A DNA stretch of 20,105 bases from Promethearchaeota archaeon (GCA_029838195.1 JALGVJ010000055.1:1-20105); one strand, 5' to 3'; positions 1 to 9,110 are shown, numbered from the stretch's first letter. Notes: generated by a model from the letters alone, not told the origin. Numbers and translations: made by a program.

Positions 1-1809
1 CACATTATTGAAAACGTGACCATAGACGCATCCAATTCTCCTATAGGAAGTGGTATTCTCATCGAAGATTCTAATGAATATTTTGTCATCCGAAATTGTA
101 CGATTTATGGCGCTAAAGAAGGACCCTGGGAATATAAATATAGGTATGCTGGGATTAAACTCGATAATTCCAGTAACGGAAAGCTAATTGAGAATAATTG
201 TTCAAACAATTTTAGAGGTACATATTTATATTATAGTAATAATAATATGCTAAAGGGAAATAATGTAATTAACAATACTGGTGATGGAATATATTTATAT
301 AATGGTGATAATAATACAATAATGAAAAATAACGTTAGCAATAATGATCTTCATGGAATAGTTTTATATTATAACAGTAATAACAACACGGTGTCGGTAA
401 ATAACATTAACAATAATAAATATTATGGAATTTATTTAGCTTATGGTAGTAGTAACACGATGTCGGGAAATTATATTTATAATAATTATTATGGAATAGA
501 TTTAGCGTTTAGTAATGAGAACACGGTGTCGGGAAATGATGTTAGTAATAATGTGGTTGAGGGAATAATTATAACTTCCAGTGATAAGAATATGGTGTTG
601 GGAAATGATGTTAGTAATAGTTTTTTTGGAATATATTTAGGATATAATAGTGAGAACAATGTGTCGGGAAATAATTTAACTAATAATTTTATGCATGGAA
701 TATATTTACGTTACAGTGATAACAACACGCTGTCGGAAAATAATGTGACTAATAATAATGAGTGTGGAATATATTTTTATTACAGTGATAAGAACACGGT
801 GTCGGGAAACAATGTGACTAATAATAATGAGTGTGGAATATATTTAAATAACAGTAATACAAACACGGTGTCGGGAAACAATGTGACTAATAATAATTAT
901 TATCATGGAATATACTTAAAAAACAGTTCTAATAATATGGTGTTGGGAAATGACGCTAACAATAATTATTATCATGGTATATGTTTAGATCAGAGTAATA
1001 ACAACACGGTGTTGGGAAATGACGCTAACAATAATTATTATCATGGAATATGTTTAGATCAGAGTAATAACAACACGGTGTTGGGAAATGACGCTAACAA
1101 TAATTATTATCATGGAATATGTTTAGATCAGAGTAATAATAATACGATATCGAGAAATAATGCAACCGATAATAAATTAGCAGGAATTTACTTAAAAAAC
1201 AGTTATGATAACATGATATCCGAAAATATTGGAAATATAGTATTTTACCCAAATTATCCAATAATTTTAAATTATTCTCCTGAAAATAATACGATCGTTG
1301 TGAGCACGACTGCTACGCTTAGCGTTGTTGTTTTTGATTTTGATGGGGATCTCTTAACAGTGGAATTCTATGATGCTTCTGATGATAACTTGATTGAGAG
1401 AATCACTGATGTTTTTAGTGGAGAAACAGTCTCTGTCATATGGTCTGGCCTTTCAGAAAATGCGACTTATTCGTGGTATGTAAACGTATCTGATGGTATT
1501 TTAATTAATCAATCAAATACGTGGGTTTTTAAGACCAGAATTAAGTTAAACTCAGAAGTAAGCTTGAATCATGCATTTAAAACAGCATTTCAAAAAGCTT
1601 TTCGAAAAAGTTTTAAAAGTAGATTAATTGAGAAAGAAAAAGAATCTTTATCCCAATCTCAAAAATTAAGTAATTCTGAAATTGTGATTAAAAATTTAAG
1701 ATATAATATAATTATCATTGCTGGGATAGTTGTTGGCATAGTGGGCGCAATTGTAAATAAAATATGGAAAAGAAGAATTGAAAAAAAAACAGAACCCCTT
1801 TTAAAATGA
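1..1809 (+). CDS. NosD/CASH right-handed parallel beta-helix cell-surface protein with a C-terminal membrane anchor (5'-truncated by the window edge)
   Basis: The frame is open from base 1 (HIIENVTID...), so the GTG at 16 is probably internal. It has about 16 repeats of 22-24 aa of the type GIYL..S.NNT(V/I)SGN...NN, then an Ig/FN3-like beta segment (YSWYVNVSDG), a C-terminal hydrophobic helix (IIIIAGIVVGIVGAIV) and a basic tail (KIWKRR). Confidence 0.9.
   Translation, partial: HIIENVTIDASNSPIGSGILIEDSNEYFVIRNCTIYGAKEGPWEYKYRYAGIKLDNSSNGKLIENNCSNNFRGTYLYYSNNNMLKGNNVINNTGDGIYLYNGDNNTIMKNNVSNNDLHGIVLYYNSNNNTVSVNNINNNKYYGIYLAYGSSNTMSGNYIYNNYYGIDLAFSNENTVSGNDVSNNVVEGIIITSSDKNMVLGNDVSNSFFGIYLGYNSENNVSGNNLTNNFMHGIYLRYSDNNTLSENNVTNNNECGIYFYYSDKNTVSGNNVTNNNECGIYLNNSNTNTVSGNNVTNNNYYHGIYLKNSSNNMVLGNDANNNYYHGICLDQSNNNTVLGNDANNNYYHGICLDQSNNNTVLGNDANNNYYHGICLDQSNNNTISRNNATDNKLAGIYLKNSYDNMISENIGNIVFYPNYPIILNYSPENNTIVVSTTATLSVVVFDFDGDLLTVEFYDASDDNLIERITDVFSGETVSVIWSGLSENATYSWYVNVSDGILINQSNTWVFKTRIKLNSEVSLNHAFKTAFQKAFRKSFKSRLIEKEKESLSQSQKLSNSEIVIKNLRYNIIIIAGIVVGIVGAIVNKIWKRRIEKKTEPLLK
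724..930 (+). repeat. Degenerate 69-bp in-frame tandem repeats (NT(L/V)S(E/G)NNVTNNN(EC/YYH)GIY...)
   Basis: AACACG(C/G)TGTCGG(A/G)AA(T/C)AATGTGACTAATAATAAT recurs at 724, 793 and 862. Confidence 0.85.
940..1146 (+). repeat. Three near-identical 69-bp in-frame tandem repeats encoding VLGNDANNNYYHGICLDQSNNNT
   Basis: Copies lie at 940-1008, 1009-1077 and 1078-1146 and differ only at a few synonymous positions (ggt/gga; aac/aat). Confidence 0.95.
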
Positions 1810-2110
1810 AAATTTTATGATGTTCCCAAAACCAAAATTTTTAAATTCTCTTAATCATGAATATTACATTTCTCATCTGGATGTTGCGATGGAAAGAGAG
1901 ACCTTATAAGGGTCAATTAATCGAAACAGATATTGATATAAAAGAAAAAATAATGAATTAAAAAAAGCAAAAGATAACGAATAGAAAGATTAAAAAACTT
2001 TGTATTTATAAATTTTTTAATTTAAAAAAAGGAAGTCCAATGTCTTATTAATGGCTTATTTTAGCATCATAAAATTTGAAAATAAAAATAAAATAATGAT
2101 CTTCTTATTT

Positions 2111-2135
2111 AATTACCATTTACAAAATGGTAATT
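2111..2135. repeat. Perfect 11-bp inverted repeat (hairpin or operator candidate)
   Basis: AATTACCATTT-aca-AAATGGTAATT. Confidence 0.7.
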
Positions 2136-2183
2136 TTGATGGGATCGTGTTCCAAATTCCGCCATTTAAAGCGGCTTTGTAAT

Positions 2184-2520
2184 TTACACATCTACCGCCT
2201 TACACGTTTCTTGATGAATAACGACGGGTTGGATCTTTTTCCCAAAATTTTTCTTAGTTCCTTCCCTGAAATCGGGGATTAAGACATCAATCTCGTCCTT
2301 TAAATGGCGATATTCCGAAACGAGGTGGGTGAAGGCATTTATTAAGTAAGGCTGAAAGCGAGAGAGAAACCTTCTTGTTGGACACTTGCGATTTGTAAGG
2401 AATCAACTTCTCCACGATATATTCGAGATTCTTATGGCATTCGATTCCAGGAAAAATATCAAAAAGATCCTCGCAGGGGGATGTGGCACACTTTAGTTCT
2501 TCTGTGATTAGGAGGAAACG
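2184..2520 (-). pseudogene. Possible frameshifted gene remnant of unknown product (possibly the 3' end of a mobile-element gene)
   Basis: This segment is GC-richer than the flanking intergenic DNA. The minus strand has two overlapping open frames with no start codon: RFLLITEELKCATSPCEDLFDIFPGIECHKNLEYIVEKLIPYKSQV... and ...RFLSRFQPYLINAFTHLVSEYRHLKDEIDVLIPDFREGTKKNFGKKIQPVVIHQETCKAVDV*, with the stop at 2184-2186. Confidence 0.35.
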
Positions 2521-2686
2521 CAGTAAAATTGCTGTGGATGCTTTTGGTGCTGTTTATATTATTGGTACTACTGCTTTTTCGAATTTTCCGATGCAATACA
2601 CATACAATGGCACTTTTAATGGTGTTAATGATGCGTTTATAAGCAAATTTGATCTCGATGGAGGTTTTTATTTAAAAAATATTTAA
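2521..2686 (+). pseudogene. Isolated SBBP (beta-propeller) repeat fragment
   Basis: IAVDAFGAVYIIGTTAFSNFP...YNGTFNGVNDAFISKFDLDG matches the SBBP blade consensus (IAVD..G.VYVTG.T.S.DFP.....GG.DAFV.K....G). Only one blade is present, and the N-terminal part of the 67-aa ORF does not fit the consensus. Confidence 0.7.
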
Positions 2687-2714
2687 AAAAAAATAAATTT
2701 TAAAGAAAATAAAA

Positions 2715-4412
2715 TTAATTCTTTTTTTTAGTAGCTTTCTCCGTCTCTTTTTCCCGTATCACTCGCCTTAAAATCTTACCAACGGCACTCTTGGGCAAGG
2801 AACGCACGAATTTTACTTTTCTTGGATACTTATACGCCGCCATGTTTTCCTTTGCCCACTCAATAATCTCTTGTTCCGTGATTTTACCCCTATATTCCGG
2901 ACGAAGAATAATGTGAGCCATAATGTCCTCTCCTTTCACGGGATCCTTCACTCCAAAAACAGCACACTCTAAAACTGCCGGATGCTCATAAAGAATTTCC
3001 TCCACCTCACGCGGATAAACACTGTGTCCCTTGTATTTTATCATATCTTTAACCCTATCTAATAAGAAAATATATCCCTCCTCATCTAATCGGGCAATAT
3101 CGCCTGTTCTAAGCCAACGATACCCTCCTGCCTCAAAAAATACCTTTTCATTCTCTTCTGGCCTGTTCCAATAGCCTTTCATGACTTGTGGGCCAGCAAC
3201 TACTAATTCACCAACTTCTCCTATGGGCAAGAATGCTCGCTTATCATTATCCCAAATTCCTACTAAAGTGTTTGCAATGGGATGACCGCAACTGCCTGGC
3301 TTTTTCTTAGCCCAAGGAGGCGCATTCGTGACGACGGGCGAAGCTTCACTAAGACCATACCCTTCTCCCATAGCAAATCCGGTTCTTTCTTCCCATGCCT
3401 TAGCAAGTTCAACAGGTAACGCCCCTGCTCCAACATTACAATATTTTAAGCAAGATAAATCTACATCTTTAAATGGAGGATAATTTAGTAAATTAATAAA
3501 CATGGTTGTCACGCCTAAAAATGTATTTGGGCGATATTTTTTAATTATTTCAATAATAGCATCCATGTCAAACGTAGCAAGTACAATTCCTGTCGATCCT
3601 GCTAAAGGACCTTGTGCCATCTCGCAGGTCTGGCCATATATATGATACCATGGAAGAACTGATATTCCAACCAAATCCTCCTTGATGTATTCTTCTTTCA
3701 TGTAGTCGGAAATTTGTTTTATTTGAAAAATATTGGAAACAATATTGTAATGAGTCAGGCAAGCTCCTTTAGGCAAGCCAGTAGTTCCACCAGTATATTG
3801 GATGACTGCTAAATCTTCCTTTGGGTTAATTTTAATATCCGGTTCTGGTCCTGGTTCGGGGAATTTTTCCATTAAAGTATCAAAATGGATAATCATATCG
3901 TTTTCGGGAATATCGGGTTTCTTACCTTCCACATTTACGATGATCACCTTTTTTAGAGAAGGGAGTCCTGCTTTAGCCGCGCGATTATATTGCTTGAAAA
4001 AGCGGTCAATCATGATGAGATATTTAGCTCTCGAATCCTTGATTTGATAAGACATTTCTCTGGCTACGAAGAGAGGGCTGATAGCGGTAATGATTCCGCC
4101 GGCTCCGAGTACTCCAAAATAAGAAATCGAGAAATGAGGGCAATTGGGAAGCCATAGAGCAACGACATCGCCTTTTTTCACGCCCAAATCGATTAATGCC
4201 GTTGCAAATCGCCTTGTTAGCAAATCCAACTCATTGAACGAGTATTCCCTCCCATAATAAATCATTGCGATTTTATCGCCAAATTGTTTTGCTCCATTTT
4301 TAGAAATATCGACGAGAGATTGATTTTCAGGAATATTAATCTCTAAAGTTATTCCCGGTGGTAAGAAATCTTTCCAATATCGGTTTTTAATATAATCTGG
4401 CAATTCGACCAT
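2715..4412 (-). CDS. fadD: Long-chain-fatty-acid--CoA ligase (AMP-binding family)
   Basis: AMP-binding P-loop QYTGGTTGLPKG, EGYGLSEASP, LRTGD..DEEGY...DRVKDMIK, and a C-terminal LPKSAVGKILRR. Confidence 0.92.
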   Translation of the reverse strand: MVELPDYIKNRYWKDFLPPGITLEINIPENQSLVDISKNGAKQFGDKIAMIYYGREYSFNELDLLTRRFATALIDLGVKKGDVVALWLPNCPHFSISYFGVLGAGGIITAISPLFVAREMSYQIKDSRAKYLIMIDRFFKQYNRAAKAGLPSLKKVIIVNVEGKKPDIPENDMIIHFDTLMEKFPEPGPEPDIKINPKEDLAVIQYTGGTTGLPKGACLTHYNIVSNIFQIKQISDYMKEEYIKEDLVGISVLPWYHIYGQTCEMAQGPLAGSTGIVLATFDMDAIIEIIKKYRPNTFLGVTTMFINLLNYPPFKDVDLSCLKYCNVGAGALPVELAKAWEERTGFAMGEGYGLSEASPVVTNAPPWAKKKPGSCGHPIANTLVGIWDNDKRAFLPIGEVGELVVAGPQVMKGYWNRPEENEKVFFEAGGYRWLRTGDIARLDEEGYIFLLDRVKDMIKYKGHSVYPREVEEILYEHPAVLECAVFGVKDPVKGEDIMAHIILRPEYRGKITEQEIIEWAKENMAAYKYPRKVKFVRSLPKSAVGKILRRVIREKETEKATKKKN

Positions 4413-4418
4413 TAAATT

Positions 4419-4457
4419 TCACCAATTTTAAATGATCTTTTCTTTTTCAATAAAATA
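4419..4457 (-). promoter_or_regulatory. Putative archaeal TATA box and GGTGA ribosome-binding site for fadD
   Basis: On the minus strand, TTTTTATATAA lies about 36-46 bp upstream of the ATG, and GGTGA (4419-4423) lies 6 nt before it. Confidence 0.45.
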
Positions 4458-4602
4458 GGAAAAATGAATTATATAAAAATAATACCAAAAAAACGATTTT
4501 TGATAAAAATGAAGATAAGAATGAGTTAGCAATGGATTCATGAAAGATAAAAAGGAAAAAGAAAAAATAAAATATTGTAGGGGTAAAGGTAAAAAAAAAT
4601 CG

Positions 4603-5457
4603 TTAAATGATGTATTTAGGGCATTGAAGGGTATCTTTATCGGTAATGATGATATAATCGGGATGGTTTCTAATGAAGGTAACGGGATAATCAGGGCCAG
4701 GCGCGCCAAATAAGGCGATTCTCAAAATAGTATTGGCCCAGTCATAAGGCGTTCCATTTCTGCAGTATAATCGAATCCTTTTAGAATTAAGAATTTCCCT
4801 CATGCCTAAAGTAAATGCAAATTTAGGAAAATTCTCTATATTTCCTCCTACATTCGCTCGAATGGCATTTATTGTAATGGTATACGCATTTAAAGCGACT
4901 TTTCTTGGGCCGGATTTTTCCACGCCTTTTTGTGGCTCATTAAACGCTACATGTCCATGAATTCCAATGCCTCCATGACACGTATCAATTCCTCCCAGGG
5001 AAGCAATCTGCTTGGCCACTTTCTTGATATTTTTTTCATTTGGAAAGATGATTTTTTCCTCATCTATTTCAATATCAGCATGTAGGTAATCAAAAAACAT
5101 TTCTTTAACAATTCGCTTGAAGCTTAGGGGATGAGTATCAGGTAAAGCACGTCCATCCTCGGAGCAATACTCATCCATGAAAAAAAACCAGCAGTTTTTC
5201 AAGGAAAGTCTCTTCTCATTAATGATGCGTGCTAAAATGGGATATTGTCCCGTAGGTCCCACGGGAAGAATTAATTTTGTGGCTTTTTTTTGGACCGAGT
5301 GGCTTTCAATTTCTTTGGCAATTTCTTCGGCGAAATGCTCGTGGAGTTCTTCTAAATCCTCACAAACGATTAGATGATTTCCCGCTTTTTCGATGGCTTC
5401 TTCCGGAGTTAATTTCAACAAGGTTCTTACTTCAATACTCCTATTATTTGTTCTCAT
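4603..5457 (-). CDS. Glucosamine-6-phosphate deaminase/isomerase (NagB/6PGL) family protein, PVGP subgroup
   Basis: FFMDEY (catalytic Asp motif), HPLSF, GGIGIHGHVAFNEP, AFTLGMREIL and DYPVT. The phosphate loop reads LPVGPTGQY instead of LATGST. Confidence 0.85.
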   Translation of the reverse strand: MRTNNRSIEVRTLLKLTPEEAIEKAGNHLIVCEDLEELHEHFAEEIAKEIESHSVQKKATKLILPVGPTGQYPILARIINEKRLSLKNCWFFFMDEYCSEDGRALPDTHPLSFKRIVKEMFFDYLHADIEIDEEKIIFPNEKNIKKVAKQIASLGGIDTCHGGIGIHGHVAFNEPQKGVEKSGPRKVALNAYTITINAIRANVGGNIENFPKFAFTLGMREILNSKRIRLYCRNGTPYDWANTILRIALFGAPGPDYPVTFIRNHPDYIIITDKDTLQCPKYII

Positions 5458-5485
5458 CTCTATTAATCAACATTCAATTGATTAA

Positions 5486-6877
5486 TTAGATTTTAGATTT
5501 CTTTTCCGCATGCAGGGTTTCTAACTTTTCTTTTATTTGTCTTAACCTCTCGCCATCTAAGGGATACTTGTAAATAGCGAAAATGGCAATTGCTAATGCG
5601 ATTGCGGGAAATATAAAGATTAATGTCCGTAAGCCAAATAGAATCTCTGGTGTAATTACATCAGGTTCAAACACAGCCCAGCCTACATTCGTAAACACGG
5701 TGGAAATAGCCAGAAAAATTAATATGGTCGTGAAGCGTAAAAATAGAGCATTAACTCCATAGTATCCGGCCTCTCTACGCATGCCTGTAACCGTCTCATC
5801 TTCATCAACGATATCAGAAACGACCAGATCAATGATATAAAGGGAGCCTGAAAGCCCAATACCGATTAGAAAAAAAGTAATTACTCCTCCAATGAAATCT
5901 TTAATGAACATTAATGGCGTGAGCGTTGCAATCCAAGAAGCCATGGAAATCATCCACGTTTTTCGATTCCCAATTTTCTGAACTAAAGGTTTCCAGAGTA
6001 TGGTCATGAAGATCACGGCTGAGATAAAAGTCAAGCCCAATAATAACGAAATTAGAAACGAATCTTGAACACCTAGCACGAATTTAGCATAAAGGGGGAC
6101 AATCGTGGGCAACATTCCGTAAACAAACCAATTACAAATTTCTGAAACGGAATACCACAAAAAAGACTTGTTCTTCACGCAGTATTTAATATTATTAAAA
6201 AATCCAGGTGCATTTTCGTGGTCCGCTTGAAATTCTTTCCGCTCTTTCGGGCCATATTTAAGAAAAATGTAGCCACATGCAATGACAATAAACATGCACG
6301 CAATTCCAAAAATTCGGTATTCAGGCAAGCTAGAAGGATCAGAGTAATCGGAGATGAAAAAGCTGGGTAAGATAAATGCCATGATAAGACCGATAATGGT
6401 GAACACCTGCCTCACATTATTCGCCTTGGCCCGTAGCTCACTCGTGATAAACACTTCTGGGAATAAGGATGTTAAGTTAAGCGAATACATTGTATAAAAA
6501 AGCTCAAATAAAATGATGATGATGAGGAAATAGATAAAATTTGCCATTTCCACGGAATTTTCAAGGGTTTTCAGAGGGGTAAAAAGCCAGAACATGATCA
6601 CGCCTAAAGGGATAAAAGCTACCATGATATAAGGAATTCTTCGCCCGAACCTTGTATGCGTCCGATCTGAAAGAGCACCTAAAAGTGGGTCGTTAAAAGC
6701 ATTCCACACGGACCAGATTATGAATCCAATCGAAATTAAAATGACGTTTATCCCCACGACAGCATAATAAAAAGTGAAAATCAAAAACGTGAATGTTTGA
6801 TAAGCCGTAACATCTCCTATCTGGCCAAAACTGTATATGGCTGCTATTTTAATAACGTTATTCTTCTTTTCACTCAT
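5486..6877 (-). CDS. MFS transporter, glycoside-pentoside-hexuronide (MelB-like) family
   Basis: About 12 TM helices, WNAFNDPLLGALSDRTHTRFGRRIPY, DIVDEDE..TG.RREAGYYG and a C-terminal YPL. It ends 28 bp before the NagB-like gene, suggesting an operon. Confidence 0.92.
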   Translation of the reverse strand: MSEKKNNVIKIAAIYSFGQIGDVTAYQTFTFLIFTFYYAVVGINVILISIGFIIWSVWNAFNDPLLGALSDRTHTRFGRRIPYIMVAFIPLGVIMFWLFTPLKTLENSVEMANFIYFLIIIILFELFYTMYSLNLTSLFPEVFITSELRAKANNVRQVFTIIGLIMAFILPSFFISDYSDPSSLPEYRIFGIACMFIVIACGYIFLKYGPKERKEFQADHENAPGFFNNIKYCVKNKSFLWYSVSEICNWFVYGMLPTIVPLYAKFVLGVQDSFLISLLLGLTFISAVIFMTILWKPLVQKIGNRKTWMISMASWIATLTPLMFIKDFIGGVITFFLIGIGLSGSLYIIDLVVSDIVDEDETVTGMRREAGYYGVNALFLRFTTILIFLAISTVFTNVGWAVFEPDVITPEILFGLRTLIFIFPAIALAIAIFAIYKYPLDGERLRQIKEKLETLHAEKKSKI

Positions 6878-7220
6878 GATAGTTCGAATTTCGTGATTAT
6901 AAATTATAGTATTTTTATTTTATTTTGAGATTATATAAAATTATTGATTAAGCTTAATAAACTTTAAAGATTTGTGGAAAACAAGTAATGAGATAAGTAG
7001 TTAAAAGAAGTTTTTCCAAAGAAATACTCGAATTCCTACGATACATGCAAGTTTTTCCCAAACTACGATATTATCTACATTAGATTCATTTTACACTGAA
7101 ATTTACCAATTTTAATAGAGAATTGCTCGGATATTGATAAATTTTTAAAATCAAGAGCATTTTTTCATTTAAAATTATCTTGTTTATTGATCAGTATTTA
7201 ATAAGGAGGAAAAGAAAAAA

Positions 7221-8153
7221 ATGGCGGAGCTTGAATTAAAGGAAAAAATGAATGATTGGGGGCCGTGGGAAGAAAAGGAATCTAAATGCTTGATATTCTC
7301 TGTAGGGAATCCTAATGAAGGACATGGTTATGCCATGCCAAGAAATATAGATGATCTTCATGCTAAAAAAGCAGCTCATGATCTGGAATTTACCACGGGT
7401 CAGAGGCATGTAGCCCACATTCCTTATACAACGGATCGGTGCGGACCTGTAGCGAAAGCTTGGGCACCAGCGTTTATCCCTTTCGAGGAATTTCTTGATA
7501 AATCCATTCAATTCATGAAATATCACATTAATTTGATTAAAGAACGAGGCGATGAGATATCATTAGTATTATTACTTACAGGACACGGTGGAAATGCTCA
7601 AATATTGGAAAGAAAATATCAAAAATTAATAGAACAAGAGTTAGAGGTGAAAAAATTTAGGGCAGTTACAGCTTTAGTTGATAGAAAAGACGCGGGAGTG
7701 GTTCTGGAAGAAGTGAAAAAATTAGCTAACGAGATGATCAATACAAAAGGCACTCGATTTGGATTCAATAATGCGGATGAGTTAGCGGATTTTTATTTCA
7801 AAATTTTATTATCAGCAGGCCATGCCAGTCATGCGGAGCATAGTCTTGCAGCAGCTTTAAACGTGCTTGACATGAAAAAAGTAGAAATAATGAATGACTT
7901 ATTAAGCAAGGATTTTGAAGCGGCTCTTAGGAAATGGCCCGCTATAGGGGGATTAGGCGGATATTTATTAGCAGGAGGAAAATACACGGAAGCCTTGGGA
8001 ACGGAAGATAATGATAAATTTGGTTTATGGAATTGTTTAAAAGGGCTTAGAGAAATTAACGAAGGAAAATTAGTTGTAGCGCCAGAGCTTGGTCATTTGA
8101 TCCATGACGTGAGTTTAAAAATCAAGACCACATTGATTTATAAGTATATTTAA
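7221..8153 (+). CDS. Creatininase-family metal-dependent amidohydrolase (ArfB/FAPy-deformylase-like)
   Basis: Metal-ligand motifs E-G-H-G-x-x-x-P-x-x-x-D (NEGHGYAMPRNIDD), TGHGGN and GHASHAE. An AAGGAGGA RBS lies at 7203-7210. Confidence 0.8.
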   Translation: MAELELKEKMNDWGPWEEKESKCLIFSVGNPNEGHGYAMPRNIDDLHAKKAAHDLEFTTGQRHVAHIPYTTDRCGPVAKAWAPAFIPFEEFLDKSIQFMKYHINLIKERGDEISLVLLLTGHGGNAQILERKYQKLIEQELEVKKFRAVTALVDRKDAGVVLEEVKKLANEMINTKGTRFGFNNADELADFYFKILLSAGHASHAEHSLAAALNVLDMKKVEIMNDLLSKDFEAALRKWPAIGGLGGYLLAGGKYTEALGTEDNDKFGLWNCLKGLREINEGKLVVAPELGHLIHDVSLKIKTTLIYKYI

Positions 8154-8185
8154 AAATTTTTTTACATGTTTTTTCCTTTAAATTT

Positions 8186-9058
8186 TTAATGAGTTTTTCC
8201 AAGAAGATATTTAAAAAAGATTTTCCAATTTTTTGGTCTGATAAAAATAGCAGGAACTCGTTTTTGATAATCTTTATATGAATTCCCAAATCGATTGATT
8301 AATTCTTTTTCTTCTACGAAATGAATATGAATATTAAATAAAAAATAATAAAAAATAAAATTAATAATTGAATAGAGCGTCATTTGAAATAACATTCCTC
8401 CCATACATATCAGTACTAAGCTTGCATAAGCCGGATGACGTAACACGGAATAGATCTCATGATCTTGAAGTTTACTTTCCTCAGGAAAATATAGGTAAAC
8501 CAATGCCATGTAATCGATGCCAAAAGTACTGACGGCTCTTAATGTCATAAGAATTCCAATAACTAAAAAAAAAATTCCTAAAATTAGTTGGAATATTGAA
8601 AATAATGAATACATAGAAGTAAAATAGAGGGGTAGGGGGGTACTAAAAAGTGACAAGGGATAATAGGACAAATAAATAGAGTTTAAGCGATAAAAGGGAA
8701 TCCAATTATGAATGGAGATGCTAATAATAACACTAAGGCCAGTAAGGCCTATTAAGATGATTTTTTGATATGCTAATTGACCATATTTAGCTTTCAATCG
8801 ATCTTTGCGGGACCACATTTGATAAACTAAAAATAATCCACAGCATCCCATTAAAACAATTCCAAGAATTGGAAATAAAATAATAATCTCATTCTTAATT
8901 CCATTTTCAAAAAATATTATTGGTAGTAGGTCAAAACTAAATTGTATCAAAAAACTAATGGTGAAAATCGAAATAAAATAAATAGGAACTAAAAGTATCT
9001 TTTTTCCCGTAAAAAATGATACTTTTTCTTGAAATTCATGTAATCCTTTAATTTTCAT
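8186..9058 (-). CDS. Isoprenylcysteine carboxylmethyltransferase / phospholipid methyltransferase (ICMT/PEMT) family membrane protein
   Basis: Multi-TM protein with the family motifs IYSVLRHPAY and EEKELINRFGNSYKDYQKRVP. Confidence 0.85.
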   Translation of the reverse strand: MKIKGLHEFQEKVSFFTGKKILLVPIYFISIFTISFLIQFSFDLLPIIFFENGIKNEIIILFPILGIVLMGCCGLFLVYQMWSRKDRLKAKYGQLAYQKIILIGLTGLSVIISISIHNWIPFYRLNSIYLSYYPLSLFSTPLPLYFTSMYSLFSIFQLILGIFFLVIGILMTLRAVSTFGIDYMALVYLYFPEESKLQDHEIYSVLRHPAYASLVLICMGGMLFQMTLYSIINFIFYYFLFNIHIHFVEEKELINRFGNSYKDYQKRVPAIFIRPKNWKIFFKYLLGKTH

Positions 9059-9110
9059 TTTTCAATATAAAATTAAAATAATTTATTTTCAAATTTTCCC
9101 ATACATAAAA

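Noticed and set aside
940-1146. Tandem repeats as a CRISPR array or DGR template/variable repeats
   Set aside because: The units are contiguous, in-frame and have no unique spacers. The differences are synonymous and not adenine-specific, and there is no cas or reverse-transcriptase gene in the window.
1900-1914. GACCTTATAAGGGTC palindrome sharing TTATAAGGGT with the element upstream of the transaldolase
   Set aside because: It is short, has different spacing and is not upstream of any intact gene, so it is compatible with chance.
2231-2470. 10-bp inverted pair GGATCTTTTT / AAAAAGATCC
   Set aside because: It is low complexity, not extendable and not at the compositional boundaries.
3568-5489. 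Short ORFs 3568-3762, 3802-4047, 4428-4709, 5177-5377 and 5277-5489
   Set aside because: They are alternate-frame or antisense overlaps of well-supported genes, or low-complexity intergenic sequence, with no recognisable motifs.
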